DNA of 64,000 nucleotides from Candidatus Latescibacterota bacterium (GCA_965222605.1 OZ244960.1:2400001-2464000); one strand, 5' to 3'; positions 19,102 through 28,905 are shown, counted from the first letter of the stretch. The notes: generated by a model not told the origin, from the letters alone. Numbers and translations are program-made.

Positions 19102-20184
19102 TTATTCACAATGCAGCTTCGCCACGGCAATAGCATCCTCTTCCCAACAGGTATAAAACAAATACAACTGACCACCTTCTTTGAACGCATAAGAATCATG
19201 CACCACATCGCCCTCCCAATCCTCCTCGGCGCGAATCATATCTTCGGGAGGATAGCTCGTCTGCCACGCCTGCCAATCGCCCGCACTCAAATCCACAGTC
19301 GAACGCATGATATATTCCGGCTCCTCCCACTTCCGGCTGTAAAACGCCTCCAGCGTCTCGCCATCTTCCATCACCCGCACAGACCCGTGGCGCAGACCCA
19401 AACCCCCATTGGGAAGATGATCACCCGCCAGCCCATCGGCGACGAGATCATCTTCAATAGGCGACGATTCAGCAGACACCCACAAAGGATCACTCGTATT
19501 CCAACCCTCTGGCGCATCCCACGGACATCCGGGATTAGCTGGCTCTAAAAAAAATCCGCGCTGTGCAAAACCGTACCAATCGCCATGACAGGTAAACACG
19601 CGCAAATAATTTCGATCCGCAAATTTCAACCGCTTCAAACCACAACCTTCTTCGCCCCCCACTTCGGGACGGTTAAAATTCAACCCGTACTTCGACGTCG
19701 CCACAAATGATCGCTGATCATCATTGCTCTTCCCGTGAACCACCATGATAAAATGCTGACTCTCCTCATCCACAATCACCTCAGGAGACGACACATGCCC
19801 CGTCAACACAATACCATCCACCACATCAATCGTCTCAGTCGCATTGCCCAGCCGCAAATCAAACACGCCGCGCCCGGGAAAACGCGGATCATCCAACCGG
19901 CCAGCATTAAAAAGCGTCCAATCCGCCGAATCCACCCGATCTGACCACGCCATGTGAATACTCGTCCCGTGATGCGACGCACAATAGAGATAATAATTCG
20001 CATTCGGATGTGCCCGATCATCCGCAGGCACCCAGTCGGGTATCCGAACCACCGTGGGAAACATCGCATCGCCGCGCAATCTCGAGCGATTGGGATCCGC
20101 CCCAATCCTGAGCCGCCGCACATCACTTCCATCGACAATCGGCCTGCCGTGCAATTTCTCAACCCGATAAGTTACTTCAGCCAT
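19102..20184 (-). CDS. Hypothetical beta-propeller glycosidase-like protein
   Basis: YYLYCASHHG..IHMA, HVSSPEV, LRHGSV, VHDSYAF..GGQLYLFY. Start MAEVTY follows a GGAGG RBS. Confidence 0.6.
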   Translation of the reverse strand: MAEVTYRVEKLHGRPIVDGSDVRRLRIGADPNRSRLRGDAMFPTVVRIPDWVPADDRAHPNANYYLYCASHHGTSIHMAWSDRVDSADWTLFNAGRLDDPRFPGRGVFDLRLGNATETIDVVDGIVLTGHVSSPEVIVDEESQHFIMVVHGKSNDDQRSFVATSKYGLNFNRPEVGGEEGCGLKRLKFADRNYLRVFTCHGDWYGFAQRGFFLEPANPGCPWDAPEGWNTSDPLWVSAESSPIEDDLVADGLAGDHLPNGGLGLRHGSVRVMEDGETLEAFYSRKWEEPEYIMRSTVDLSAGDWQAWQTSYPPEDMIRAEEDWEGDVVHDSYAFKEGGQLYLFYTCWEEDAIAVAKLHCE

Positions 20185-20224
20185 ACATTCCTCCATCGAT
20201 CCATTATAAACGCAGCTTGGAAAG

Positions 20225-20674
20225 CTACAACCTTCGACGCAACGCCATGCCATCGCTGGGAAAACGCTCGTCAAAGGTGTAGATCACGCTCGCACCATCT
20301 GTCTGAGCGGCTGCCCATATCATCGCGTCTGCAATAGACACCCTACCAGACGGTCGGCACATCCGCAGCCCCTCCAACACGCGATTCTTATCCATTGCAT
20401 AAGTGGCAATATTGTCTCGCTGAACGAGATCTATTAGCCGATCAACCGTAGTTTCCCTCGAAACCTGATAATGACTTCTCAAAACGTATGCCGTTTCGGT
20501 CAGTACGATGTCAGTAATCTGAAGATCGTCAACTTGATGTATAATTCGGACTGCCTCTGCAGCAGTTTCTGGAGGGCTGCCGGTCAGATATCGAACAACG
20601 ACGCTTGTATCCAAGAATCCTCTCAACTGTCCTTCTTTCTCATCCCCATCTTTTTCTTTCCTGATTATTTCCAT
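20225..20674 (-). CDS. vapC: PIN-domain toxin (VapC family)
   Basis: FLDTSVVVRYL, VLTE, SIADAMI, IYTFD acidic PIN residues; overlaps the upstream antitoxin gene. Confidence 0.85.
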   Translation of the reverse strand: MEIIRKEKDGDEKEGQLRGFLDTSVVVRYLTGSPPETAAEAVRIIHQVDDLQITDIVLTETAYVLRSHYQVSRETTVDRLIDLVQRDNIATYAMDKNRVLEGLRMCRPSGRVSIADAMIWAAAQTDGASVIYTFDERFPSDGMALRRRL

Positions 20675-20937
20675 TTATCAGCTTCTTCTTCAATGGCCTT
20701 TGCCCAGGCGTTTTCCTTTATCTTATGCCAATCCTTATCATCAAATGCGTTGTCTTCATTCACATACTCAGCAAGACTACCCTTTAAGGATTTGTTATGC
20801 TCCGGCGGAAAGAATTGAATTTCTATGCGATTATCCACCAAGCGCTGTAACGCAATCCACCCGGGTTCTATACCCAGTTGATCACGAAGTTCCTTTCTTA
20901 TTACAACCTCGCCCTTGCCCCCAACTTTATAAGTCAA
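20665..20937 (-). CDS. AbrB/MazE-type antitoxin
   Basis: KVGGKGEVVIRKELRDQLGIEPG, a swapped-hairpin AbrB motif, directly upstream of the PIN gene. Confidence 0.85.
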   Translation of the reverse strand: MTYKVGGKGEVVIRKELRDQLGIEPGWIALQRLVDNRIEIQFFPPEHNKSLKGSLAEYVNEDNAFDDKDWHKIKENAWAKAIEEEADKWK

Positions 20938-20985
20938 AGCGATCCTCCTCTCTGATCGTGAGCTATTTATGTAAATTCTCCATAT

Positions 20986-21942
20986 TCAACGACGTTCATT
21001 CAACGGCGTCCAACCGCGTCCGGGAACATGAACTTTCTTTCTGTCCCACTCTTTCCGCATCGCGGCAAATGCCTCGGGAGCTCGCATCTCTCGCTCGGGA
21101 TTTTGCGTATCCTGAATCACAAAATACGCCTCACCCGGATGGCACGCCATCGTCACCGGCTCGCGCTCTGGTATATAATCTTCGGGCACTTCGCCGATAT
21201 TGCTCGGCACGCCAAAATCCTGATATCGCAAATCCATACTCCACCGCACAATATCGGTCTTGTTTTCAAACGAGGCATGCGGTGTCAGATTCGTCAGAAA
21301 CAAAACCGATCCCGCCGACATCTCCACCGGTATCGCACCCCTGGGAACATTTTCAGGTGCAATTTCCAAAAAGCCCGCGTGACCACCCGTATAATGTCGG
21401 ATAATCCCCTTATCCTGCACCTTTGGAATCACCCACAAACACCCATTATCCAGCGTCGCATCCACCAGCGGTATCCAGCACGTCACCATCAAATAATCGT
21501 AACAATGCGCCATTGAATAACCCGAATCCTGATGCCACGGCACTTCCCCGCGCGAATAGCCCGGCACCTTGGGGCGTATGCGATAAATCGATGTACCGAC
21601 AATATCGGGACCGATAATATCCTCAATACACGCAATTAAAGGACGATGTCGCAACGCGCTCAAAATCCCCGGCCCGTGAAATCTACCCGACCAGATCGAC
21701 ATCAACACCTTGTGAGCGGCCTCCGGGTCGTATTGGTGGATCCGGGTCAGGCGCGTCTCAAACGGCTCTTCGGCAAAATCGCGATCCAGCTCGCCTTCGG
21801 CAATCAACTCATCGCACTTCTCCTGAATCGCACCCGTCAACCCATCTTTCAGAAGCTGCAAATCGTCCGAAGAATAGATGGATTCTTTAACGACATAACC
21901 CAACTCGTTGAATTGTTGAACTTCTTCTGCTGTAAGCCCCAT
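20986..21942 (-). CDS. PhyH-family dioxygenase
   Basis: VPWHQD, WIPLVDAT.DNGCL, TPHASFEN, RWSMDLRY. GAGAGG RBS before MGLTAEE. Confidence 0.9.
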   Translation of the reverse strand: MGLTAEEVQQFNELGYVVKESIYSSDDLQLLKDGLTGAIQEKCDELIAEGELDRDFAEEPFETRLTRIHQYDPEAAHKVLMSIWSGRFHGPGILSALRHRPLIACIEDIIGPDIVGTSIYRIRPKVPGYSRGEVPWHQDSGYSMAHCYDYLMVTCWIPLVDATLDNGCLWVIPKVQDKGIIRHYTGGHAGFLEIAPENVPRGAIPVEMSAGSVLFLTNLTPHASFENKTDIVRWSMDLRYQDFGVPSNIGEVPEDYIPEREPVTMACHPGEAYFVIQDTQNPEREMRAPEAFAAMRKEWDRKKVHVPGRGWTPLNERR

Positions 21943-21969
21943 GATATGTCCTCTCTTCATCTTCGGCGA

Positions 21970-22719
21970 TCAGATCACCACTTTTTGCCGTCCACCAATC
22001 GATGGCGGCTCCATAATCCGTCGCTGCTGATCTGTCACATTGGGATAATCGTCTGGATTATAATAATTCTGCGACCACGCCGAATGCCCCGGACTGAACT
22101 TATACAGCAATGAGCGGCGCTCGTGCTCGCCTTCCCAGGGCATTGTTCCATGCACCAACGCCTCCGTAAAAATGATCATATCCCCGGCTTCAGCTTCGGG
22201 CTGATGTACATAGTGCGCCGGTCGCTCAAAATTGCGCACATCGCTGGGGATATCAGCGATAAAATTGCTCTTATGCGTCCCGGGAATACAGGCAAACCCG
22301 CCATCCCCTTTGCGCGCAGGCGCGAGATTATACGTAAACACCGTCAACCCATTGCGCATCACGCCATCGCGGTATTTATACCAGTGATCGCCCGGCACAC
22401 CCCCCTGCAATGTTGGCCCACCGTGCAATCGCCCGCGTCTTGCGCCCTTCTTCATAAAGATAGAATAATCGTGATCCACGCGAAATGTAGGCCCCAGCAA
22501 TTCAATCATATACGGCAACGCATTGGGGTGATCGAACAACGCCTGCGTTTCTGGACCCCACATTGAAACGCGACTCGTGCGGCGGTTCCCATCATCTTCG
22601 CCAGCGGGCCATACCTCATCGGCCAACTCATTCAACGCCTTCACCTCATCCGCACTCAATACATCTTTAACAACCAAAAACCCCTGCAAATCAAATCGAA
22701 ATTTCTCTTCTTTTGTCAT
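21970..22719 (-). CDS. PhyH-family dioxygenase with HxG metal motif
   Basis: FRFDLQGFLVV, LHGG, FACIPGTHK, AGDMIIFTEALVHG, ERR. Confidence 0.85.
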   Translation of the reverse strand: MTKEEKFRFDLQGFLVVKDVLSADEVKALNELADEVWPAGEDDGNRRTSRVSMWGPETQALFDHPNALPYMIELLGPTFRVDHDYSIFMKKGARRGRLHGGPTLQGGVPGDHWYKYRDGVMRNGLTVFTYNLAPARKGDGGFACIPGTHKSNFIADIPSDVRNFERPAHYVHQPEAEAGDMIIFTEALVHGTMPWEGEHERRSLLYKFSPGHSAWSQNYYNPDDYPNVTDQQRRIMEPPSIGGRQKVVI

Positions 22720-22757
22720 AATCTCCTCCTATGTCAGCGGTCAGCAGTTAGCTGTTC

Positions 22758-23144
22758 TCAATTTAGCTCACAAATATGCTCTCTCAACCATTCGACAAGT
22801 TGCTCGCGGGAAACTTCTCCTGATGCGACGCCCAAAATGATTTGTTCTTGAATATCTACGGTAGCATCAATTCTATATCCATTGAAAATCAAGAATACTT
22901 CCATTGCTGCATGCCCCACCCGTTTATTCCCATCTAAAAAGGGATGGTTCCGAATCACAGAAAAACACAAAGCCGCCGCCTTCTCTTCAACAGTAGGATA
23001 AAGGTCCTGTCCCCCAAACGTCATACGGGGTTGTGCGATGGCCGATTCCAATCCGCTATGATCACGCACTCCTGCAGATCCGCCACTTGTTTCAATAATA
23101 CGCCTGTGAAGTGCCATCACTGCATCCAAGCTGATATAATACAT
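22758..23144 (-). CDS. doc: Death-on-curing (Doc/Fic family) toxin
   Basis: GVRD...LESA, YPT..EKAAAL, NHPFLDGNKR (the NKR Doc-type motif). Its ATG overlaps the upstream stop (TGATG). Confidence 0.92.
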   Translation of the reverse strand: MYYISLDAVMALHRRIIETSGGSAGVRDHSGLESAIAQPRMTFGGQDLYPTVEEKAAALCFSVIRNHPFLDGNKRVGHAAMEVFLIFNGYRIDATVDIQEQIILGVASGEVSREQLVEWLREHICELN

Positions 23145-24238
23145 CAACTTAGCCTTTGGTAAAGTTCGCTATTCTTCTCAAGCACTTGTTCACAGATCTC
23201 CGCAAACCTCTGTTCCCGAAATACACCGTTTTGAAAAAAATTAATAAGGTCATCTTTTACCTGATAATACGATCCATAGCCCCCTGCTATCAATCCCAAA
23301 TGTTGACCAATGACAATACGTATGAGTTTGGGAACTACGGCAGCAACTATGTTGACGGTGTATCTTTCGGACTGCTCATCATCAAGTTCTTTTAGATTTG
23401 GTATCCGACCAGTGTGAGTCAGGACATTACGTACCCGGTCAACATATTGAACACGAGTCTTTTGATCAGGTGTTGGCGACGGGTCTATAATCTCAAGTGA
23501 TTCCAGAAGCGAAAACAATTTATCTAACAAAGATGGGCCACGATCAATCTGACCATATAGCAAATTTCTATACCGTTCCACTTGATCTGGTTGAAGTCCT
23601 GTTGTTTTTGTGAGAAGATCGCTTATCTCTCTTTTAAGTTTCTTACGGATAGGCTTGCTGACCTTTTCATAGACCATCTCATGCTGGTCGAGAATAATGT
23701 TGAGTGCTGTGCAGTACAACGCAGCGCGGGATTGCAAGAGGTTGGCGTTCATTGCCTCATTGTATAAGTGCAGGACAATGTGCAAATTTTTGGATACCAA
23801 GCACTCCCTATTTTGCCAGGCATGTGCTGCTGCAGGCAAGGTCTCAATTGGAGTCACTGCATAGCAGTCACCATATATATCAGGTCTATACCTTTCCTGG
23901 TACTCTCCTGTAACTACGCTTCTACCTGTCATAAAAGTGAGCAAATTGCATAAATCCCATAGTCCTCCATCGTCGGCTACCTTGTCGAGAAGAATACTTT
24001 TTTCTCCAGGCCCTTTCCAGGACACAGTTGCTGTGGCTTGCCAGGTACCTTTTTGTGTTGGCGAGCGTTGTAGCCCTGTTTCATTGAGGGTCAACATTGG
24101 AGGTTGAGGCAGTTGAGAAACTCTGGCATTGTAATCATCTGTGAGACGCACCTTAAGACAGCCGATACTACTCTCTGACGATGAAGGGCCGGGGCGTGAA
24201 TCGCCCATATAGAGATTGAAGAGGTCAATTGTTTTCAT
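23144..24238 (-). CDS. HEPN-motif (ApeA-like) protein with Phd-like C-terminal tail
   Basis: 364 aa from MKTIDLF (GAAGGA RBS); LLTFMTGR, RNVLTHTG (RxxxxH), C-terminus FAEICEQVLEKNSELYQRLS. Confidence 0.65.
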   Translation of the reverse strand: MKTIDLFNLYMGDSRPGPSSSESSIGCLKVRLTDDYNARVSQLPQPPMLTLNETGLQRSPTQKGTWQATATVSWKGPGEKSILLDKVADDGGLWDLCNLLTFMTGRSVVTGEYQERYRPDIYGDCYAVTPIETLPAAAHAWQNRECLVSKNLHIVLHLYNEAMNANLLQSRAALYCTALNIILDQHEMVYEKVSKPIRKKLKREISDLLTKTTGLQPDQVERYRNLLYGQIDRGPSLLDKLFSLLESLEIIDPSPTPDQKTRVQYVDRVRNVLTHTGRIPNLKELDDEQSERYTVNIVAAVVPKLIRIVIGQHLGLIAGGYGSYYQVKDDLINFFQNGVFREQRFAEICEQVLEKNSELYQRLS

Positions 24239-24305
24239 ATTTATTCCTTCTGGATGACTGGCGTTGTGCCTGCGGCGTGGCGGCTCAACACCATGCCGCA
24301 ATGAC

Positions 24306-24329
24306 GGGCGAGGCATGCCTCGCCCCTAC
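24306..24329 (-). repeat. GTAG-type REP palindrome
   Basis: GTAGGGGCGAGGCATGCCTCGCCC on the minus strand. Confidence 0.75.
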
Positions 24330-24384
24330 GCAGTTTTACCGCTCGAAACCTGCTATGGGTCACTGACCGCCTGCCTGCTGATTG

Positions 24385-25188
24385 CTACAAATTCTCAACC
24401 GCATAAACAGCTTTCAATATCTGTTCCTCCCCGACGGTTTTAGCCTTCGCATCAAAACCGAGCAACAGGGCAATATCGCAAATATTGTTTATATCTCGTG
24501 GAATACCATTGGACGCTTGATAGAGCGCATCGAGCGCGTCCTCGCCAAACAAGGACCGCTTGGCCCCCGCTTTTTCCAGGCGTGTTTGCACATACGCGTG
24601 GATTTCTTCGCGCTTAAACGGCGCGAGGTGATATTGGCGCGCGACCTGTTGCGCCAATGACTCAATGCCCTCGACCCGGTACTTGAGACCTGTCTGTCCA
24701 ATGAGGAGAAGGGTAAGAAAAAAACGACCGTTGCGTTGAAAACTGAACAGGGATTGCAACTCCTCAAATGTATTCTCATCCTCCAGAGCATCGGCATCAT
24801 CGACAATGACGACCGTATATTTGCCCGCATTGGCACTTTTGACAGCCTGGACCTCAAGTGCCCGTTGCAGGGCTGGTCTTGCGTCCGATTGGATATCAAC
24901 TCCCAATTGCCCCAGCATATCCCGAAGAAAGTCAATCGGCGAAAGACTGGGTCTATTTATAAGCGCGATTTCATACTGGTCTGATGACAGTTCATGGATG
25001 AGCATGCGACTCACAACGGTTTTGCCACAGCCCATGTCGCCCGTGAGCACGGCAGCCCCCATGCGAGTATTGATCGCGTAAAACATCTGCAATAGTGCTC
25101 TCTGGTGATCTACCGAAGAATAAAAAAAACGCGGATCCGGCACACTTTCAAACGGCAATTCTGTCAGATTCCAATATTCCTGGTACAC
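24385..25188 (-). CDS. ExeA/GspA-family AAA ATPase
   Basis: Y.EYWNL.ELPF..VPDPRFFY, GDMGCGKT, LLIGQ..L, SNGIPR.IN.ICD.AL. Walker B reads DDA rather than DEA. Confidence 0.85.
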   Translation of the reverse strand: MYQEYWNLTELPFESVPDPRFFYSSVDHQRALLQMFYAINTRMGAAVLTGDMGCGKTVVSRMLIHELSSDQYEIALINRPSLSPIDFLRDMLGQLGVDIQSDARPALQRALEVQAVKSANAGKYTVVIVDDADALEDENTFEELQSLFSFQRNGRFFLTLLLIGQTGLKYRVEGIESLAQQVARQYHLAPFKREEIHAYVQTRLEKAGAKRSLFGEDALDALYQASNGIPRDINNICDIALLLGFDAKAKTVGEEQILKAVYAVENL

Positions 25189-25463
25189 GGTTTTAATCCT
25201 TTATTTTAAGTCCGATCCTGGAACATTGCAGCCAATCGGAGTAGTGGTTTAACGCTGCTCGCTGCACCTATTTTATCGCAATCCAATATAGTTACCTCAA
25301 ACGGTCTGTGTCAAGTAATCGGCAAAGCGATTTGAGGGCTTCCCAATGTTTTATACAACACGGGGCATTGGCACAAAATACTTTGACGGAACGTATCCAA
25401 ACCCTATATTTTGCTGCACTGCGCTGGTGATACATCTGTTTGACTTTCATTTTGGAGATCTGT

Positions 25464-26960
25464 ATGGCCTGGTGGCAATCCGTTTTGCTGGCCACTTACA
25501 GCCTTGTGTTTGCATTGCTGATGCTCGTAAGCCTGCATCGACACTTGATGGTACACCTCTATTACAAGCACCGTCGCAAACGACCCATTCCCCGCGGTAC
25601 CTTTGATGAATTACCCGTTGTGACCGTGCAATTGCCCGTATTTAATGAACAATATGTGGTCGAGCGACTGATTCGCACGGTCGCCAAACTGGATTATCCA
25701 GCCGACCGCCTCGAAATTCAGGTCCTGGACGACTCGACCGATGAAACAACCGCCATTGCCGGGCAGTGTGTAGATGAACTGCGGCGTTCGGGACTGGATA
25801 TCGCGCTGATACACCGCAAAACGCGCACCGGGTATAAAGCCGGTGCTCTCGCAGAGGGATTGCGGGTTGCACGGGGTGAATTGATCGCAATTTTTGACGC
25901 CGATTTTCTGCCACCACCAGACTTTTTGAACAAAACCATCCCGCATTTCGTCGAACCGCAGGTCGGCATGGTTCAGACGCGCTGGGGGCATCTGAATCAG
26001 GACTATTCCATTTTGACACGCGTACAGGCCATTTATCTCGACGGCCATTTTGTTATGGAACACGGTGCGCGAAGCCGCTCGGGTCTGTTCTTCAATTTTA
26101 ACGGCACAGCAGGTGTCTGGCGCCGGGCTTGTATCGATGAAGCCGGCGGCTGGCAGCACGATACCTTGACCGAAGACCTCGATTTGAGCTATCGCGCGCA
26201 ATTGGCGGGCTGGAGATTTGTCTATCTTGAGGATACTGTAACACCGGCGGAAATCCCCGTGGAAGTAAATGCCTGGAAGTTACAGCAATTTCGGTGGGCA
26301 AAAGGCTCAGTTCAGACGGCCAAAAAAACACTAAAGACCCTGTTGAAAAGTCATCTCCCCTGGCGCGTGAAGGGCGAAGCCGCTTTTCATCTGGTAACCA
26401 ATTTCGCATATTGTTTGATGGCAATGATCGCCATTCTCATTTTTCCCGCAATAGTTCTGCGGGAAGACCTGGGATGGCTCAGGGTGTTCATAATCGATTT
26501 TCCCCTATTTATAGGCGCGACGGGCGTAATCTCGAGGTACTACATCCACTCGCAACGAGAAATTTATTCGGATTGGAAATCGCGCATCCTGTATTTGCCA
26601 TTCGTACTCGCCCTGGGCATGGGGATTTCATTGAACAATACGCGCGGAGTGATTCAGGCACTGCGAGGGCACGAGACCGCATTTAATCGCACCCCTAAGT
26701 ATCGCGTTATCGGACGAAATGGAAGTTGGTATCGCAAAAATTACGCCCTGCGAAAAAACATGACGTCATTTTTGGAAATTGGACTCGGTTTTTATTTACT
26801 CATCGCCATGGTATATTCGATTGCGCGAGGTCTGTATTTCCCCGTGCCATTCCTGATTTTGTTTGCCTCCGGCTTTTTTTACGTAGGGGGCATGTCTTTG
26901 TTCCAGGGCATTTGGGCGAAGATGCATTCGCAATCAATTGAAGTCGCGGAAGCAAACTAA
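25464..26960 (+). CDS. Processive glycosyltransferase family 2 (cellulose-synthase-like, CslA-like)
   Basis: VTVQLPVFNE, DDSTD, KAGAL, FDADF, LTEDLD, QQFRW (QxxRW) and C-terminal transmembrane helices. Confidence 0.92.
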   Translation: MAWWQSVLLATYSLVFALLMLVSLHRHLMVHLYYKHRRKRPIPRGTFDELPVVTVQLPVFNEQYVVERLIRTVAKLDYPADRLEIQVLDDSTDETTAIAGQCVDELRRSGLDIALIHRKTRTGYKAGALAEGLRVARGELIAIFDADFLPPPDFLNKTIPHFVEPQVGMVQTRWGHLNQDYSILTRVQAIYLDGHFVMEHGARSRSGLFFNFNGTAGVWRRACIDEAGGWQHDTLTEDLDLSYRAQLAGWRFVYLEDTVTPAEIPVEVNAWKLQQFRWAKGSVQTAKKTLKTLLKSHLPWRVKGEAAFHLVTNFAYCLMAMIAILIFPAIVLREDLGWLRVFIIDFPLFIGATGVISRYYIHSQREIYSDWKSRILYLPFVLALGMGISLNNTRGVIQALRGHETAFNRTPKYRVIGRNGSWYRKNYALRKNMTSFLEIGLGFYLLIAMVYSIARGLYFPVPFLILFASGFFYVGGMSLFQGIWAKMHSQSIEVAEAN

Positions 26961-26980
26961 AACAAAGGTGGAATAGGCAC

Positions 26981-27835
26981 ATGGTAATGCGACTCGACAA
27001 TCCATACCTCTGGGCATATACCGCAGCCATTCTGTTGCACATTCTACTCCTGCTCCTGGAAAACCCGCTGTGGCGGGCTGCGATCATTGTGCCGCAACCA
27101 GAAAAAATACCCGTGTCACCGCCCCTGACATTTGAATTTGTCGATGTGTCCCAAAATCGAGACGACGCCCCGCCCGAAGAAACCCCGTTGCTCGCACAGC
27201 GCGATAATATCTCTCGCGATCAACAAACGGCTCCCTTGCCCGAAAGCCACTTGCCATTTTCCGATGGCATATCACGGGCAAAGAACATAGCGACACCAGC
27301 GCAGGGTAAGTCGCGCAGTGAAACACAGAGCGCAGACCGCTCATCGGAAACCACCGACAATCCCTTTAGCTTTCTGGAGGTATTGCAGAAAAATCCCGAT
27401 GAAGCGCGAAAAGAGCGAGAACGCGCGGTGCTGGGTGGGGAGGTACTGCCCCAATCCCGCATAGATATGGACAACCGCAAAACCCGCGCAATCGAACGCG
27501 GTGGCTTGCAACTGAGCACATATGCCTGGGACTATGCGCCCTATATGCAATATCTCAAGCGCCATATTGACCGCCATATTTATCCGCCCCGCGCATTCGA
27601 GTTGGGTATAATTGATGGCACGACCAGGGTGAAGTTTAGAATCTGGCGCGATGGTCGGCTTGAAGGCCCCGAATTAATCGACTATGAGGGCCATAACCTG
27701 TTGCGCGATACGAGCCTGAAAGCTGTTGAACTCTCGGCACCATTCAAGGCATTACCACCCGATTTCCCGGATGAGTACCTCGAAATTGTGGGTACTTTTG
27801 AATACTTAATTTTTAGAAAAGGGCAAAGGCGATAA
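26981..27835 (+). CDS. TonB-family energy transducer
   Basis: N-terminal TM helix with His (AILLHILL), Pro-rich linker and TonB-C domain (YPPRA...G.TRVKFRI.RDG...APF..LP). Confidence 0.8.
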   Translation: MVMRLDNPYLWAYTAAILLHILLLLLENPLWRAAIIVPQPEKIPVSPPLTFEFVDVSQNRDDAPPEETPLLAQRDNISRDQQTAPLPESHLPFSDGISRAKNIATPAQGKSRSETQSADRSSETTDNPFSFLEVLQKNPDEARKERERAVLGGEVLPQSRIDMDNRKTRAIERGGLQLSTYAWDYAPYMQYLKRHIDRHIYPPRAFELGIIDGTTRVKFRIWRDGRLEGPELIDYEGHNLLRDTSLKAVELSAPFKALPPDFPDEYLEIVGTFEYLIFRKGQRR

Positions 27836-27839
27836 TAAT

Positions 27840-28466
27840 ATGGGCTGGGCACTATTTGAACAGGGTGGTCTCATGATGTATCCTCTGACCTTGTGCTCAG
27901 TACTGGCTTTGGGCATTGCGATTGAGCGCGGATTTGCACTGCGCCATCGCGCCATCATCCGATCCGAAATTGTCAGTGTGATCGACAATATTCAAGGACC
28001 AGAAGACATTGGGCTGGCCTTGAGCGTCTGCCGACAACACAAAGGTCCTTTCTCTGCAGTGATGCGCGCGGGGCTGGACAATCGACATTTGTCCTTAGAA
28101 GAGATCCGAGAAAGTATTCTGGATCAGGGACGTCAAGAGATGGGGGTATTGCAAAAGGGACTGGTAGTGCTGGAAACCGTAGCGGGCGTTTCGCCGCTTT
28201 TGGGACTTTTGGGCACTGTTTTGGGCATGATTAAAGTTTTTCAACAGGTTTCGGAAGTGGGCGTAGGACAGGCCAATCTCCTGGCAGGGGGCATTTCCGA
28301 AGCGATTCTAACAACTGCCGCCGGACTTTTTATTGCAATTCCATCACTCGTATTTTACAATTTATACAGCAGTCGGGCAGAAAGCCTGATTTTGGAAATT
28401 GAAAAATACGCCAACACCCTTTTGAAAAAGCTCCGAGGGTTTCAAGACGCCGGCAAAGGAGAATAG
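27840..28466 (+). CDS. exbB: MotA/TolQ/ExbB proton channel
   Basis: GG..MYPL, SPLLGLLGTVLGMI, LAGGISEAILTTAAGL. Confidence 0.9.
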   Translation: MGWALFEQGGLMMYPLTLCSVLALGIAIERGFALRHRAIIRSEIVSVIDNIQGPEDIGLALSVCRQHKGPFSAVMRAGLDNRHLSLEEIRESILDQGRQEMGVLQKGLVVLETVAGVSPLLGLLGTVLGMIKVFQQVSEVGVGQANLLAGGISEAILTTAAGLFIAIPSLVFYNLYSSRAESLILEIEKYANTLLKKLRGFQDAGKGE

Positions 28467-28468
28467 GG

Positions 28469-28879
28469 ATGCGATTGCAAATGCCCCTCAAGCGCCGGCC
28501 GGCCATCAATGTGACCTCTTTGATCGACGTCCTGTTTTTATTGCTTACATTTTTTCTCGTAACCACGCAATTTATCGATCAATCCGCGCTCAAAGTCGAA
28601 CTGCCCGCCATGGCACACGCGGAAAAAACGCATCACGCGAAGCGTTATATTCTCAACATATCGGCAGATGGTCAAATGGCATTGGATGGTCAGATCGTCG
28701 ATCAACCGACATTGCGGGAATTATTAAAACAACACGTGACAGATATCGATGAAAGCGGGGGCCTGATTTTGCGGGCAGACCGCCAATTGCCTTATGGCGA
28801 TGTGATGTCGATTCTGGACCTCGTCAGAGGTGTGGGAATCAGACGGATTACCAATGCCACAGCAGAACCCGATAAATAG
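28469..28879 (+). CDS. exbD: ExbD/TolR protein
   Basis: INVTSLIDVLFLLLTFFLV, LRAD..LPYG.VM.ILD. Confidence 0.9.
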   Translation: MRLQMPLKRRPAINVTSLIDVLFLLLTFFLVTTQFIDQSALKVELPAMAHAEKTHHAKRYILNISADGQMALDGQIVDQPTLRELLKQHVTDIDESGGLILRADRQLPYGDVMSILDLVRGVGIRRITNATAEPDK

Positions 28880-28905
28880 CGGTTTAGATCTAAGGGGTCG
28901 GAACA

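Noticed and set aside
1070-22566. Long plus-strand ORFs (for example 7340-8491, 10946-11749, 1070-1816)
   Set aside because: They are antisense shadows of well-supported minus-strand genes and have no motifs or RBS. The same applies to 52069-53040.
11700-24300. Integron cassette array explaining the co-oriented accessory genes
   Set aside because: No integrase, and no convincing attC sites (RYYYAAC...GTTRRRY) were seen by eye. Many genes overlap directly.
25369-25386. Sigma-54 promoter upstream of the GT2 gene (TGGCACAAAATACTT)
   Set aside because: The -12 GC is absent at the required GG-N10-GC spacing.
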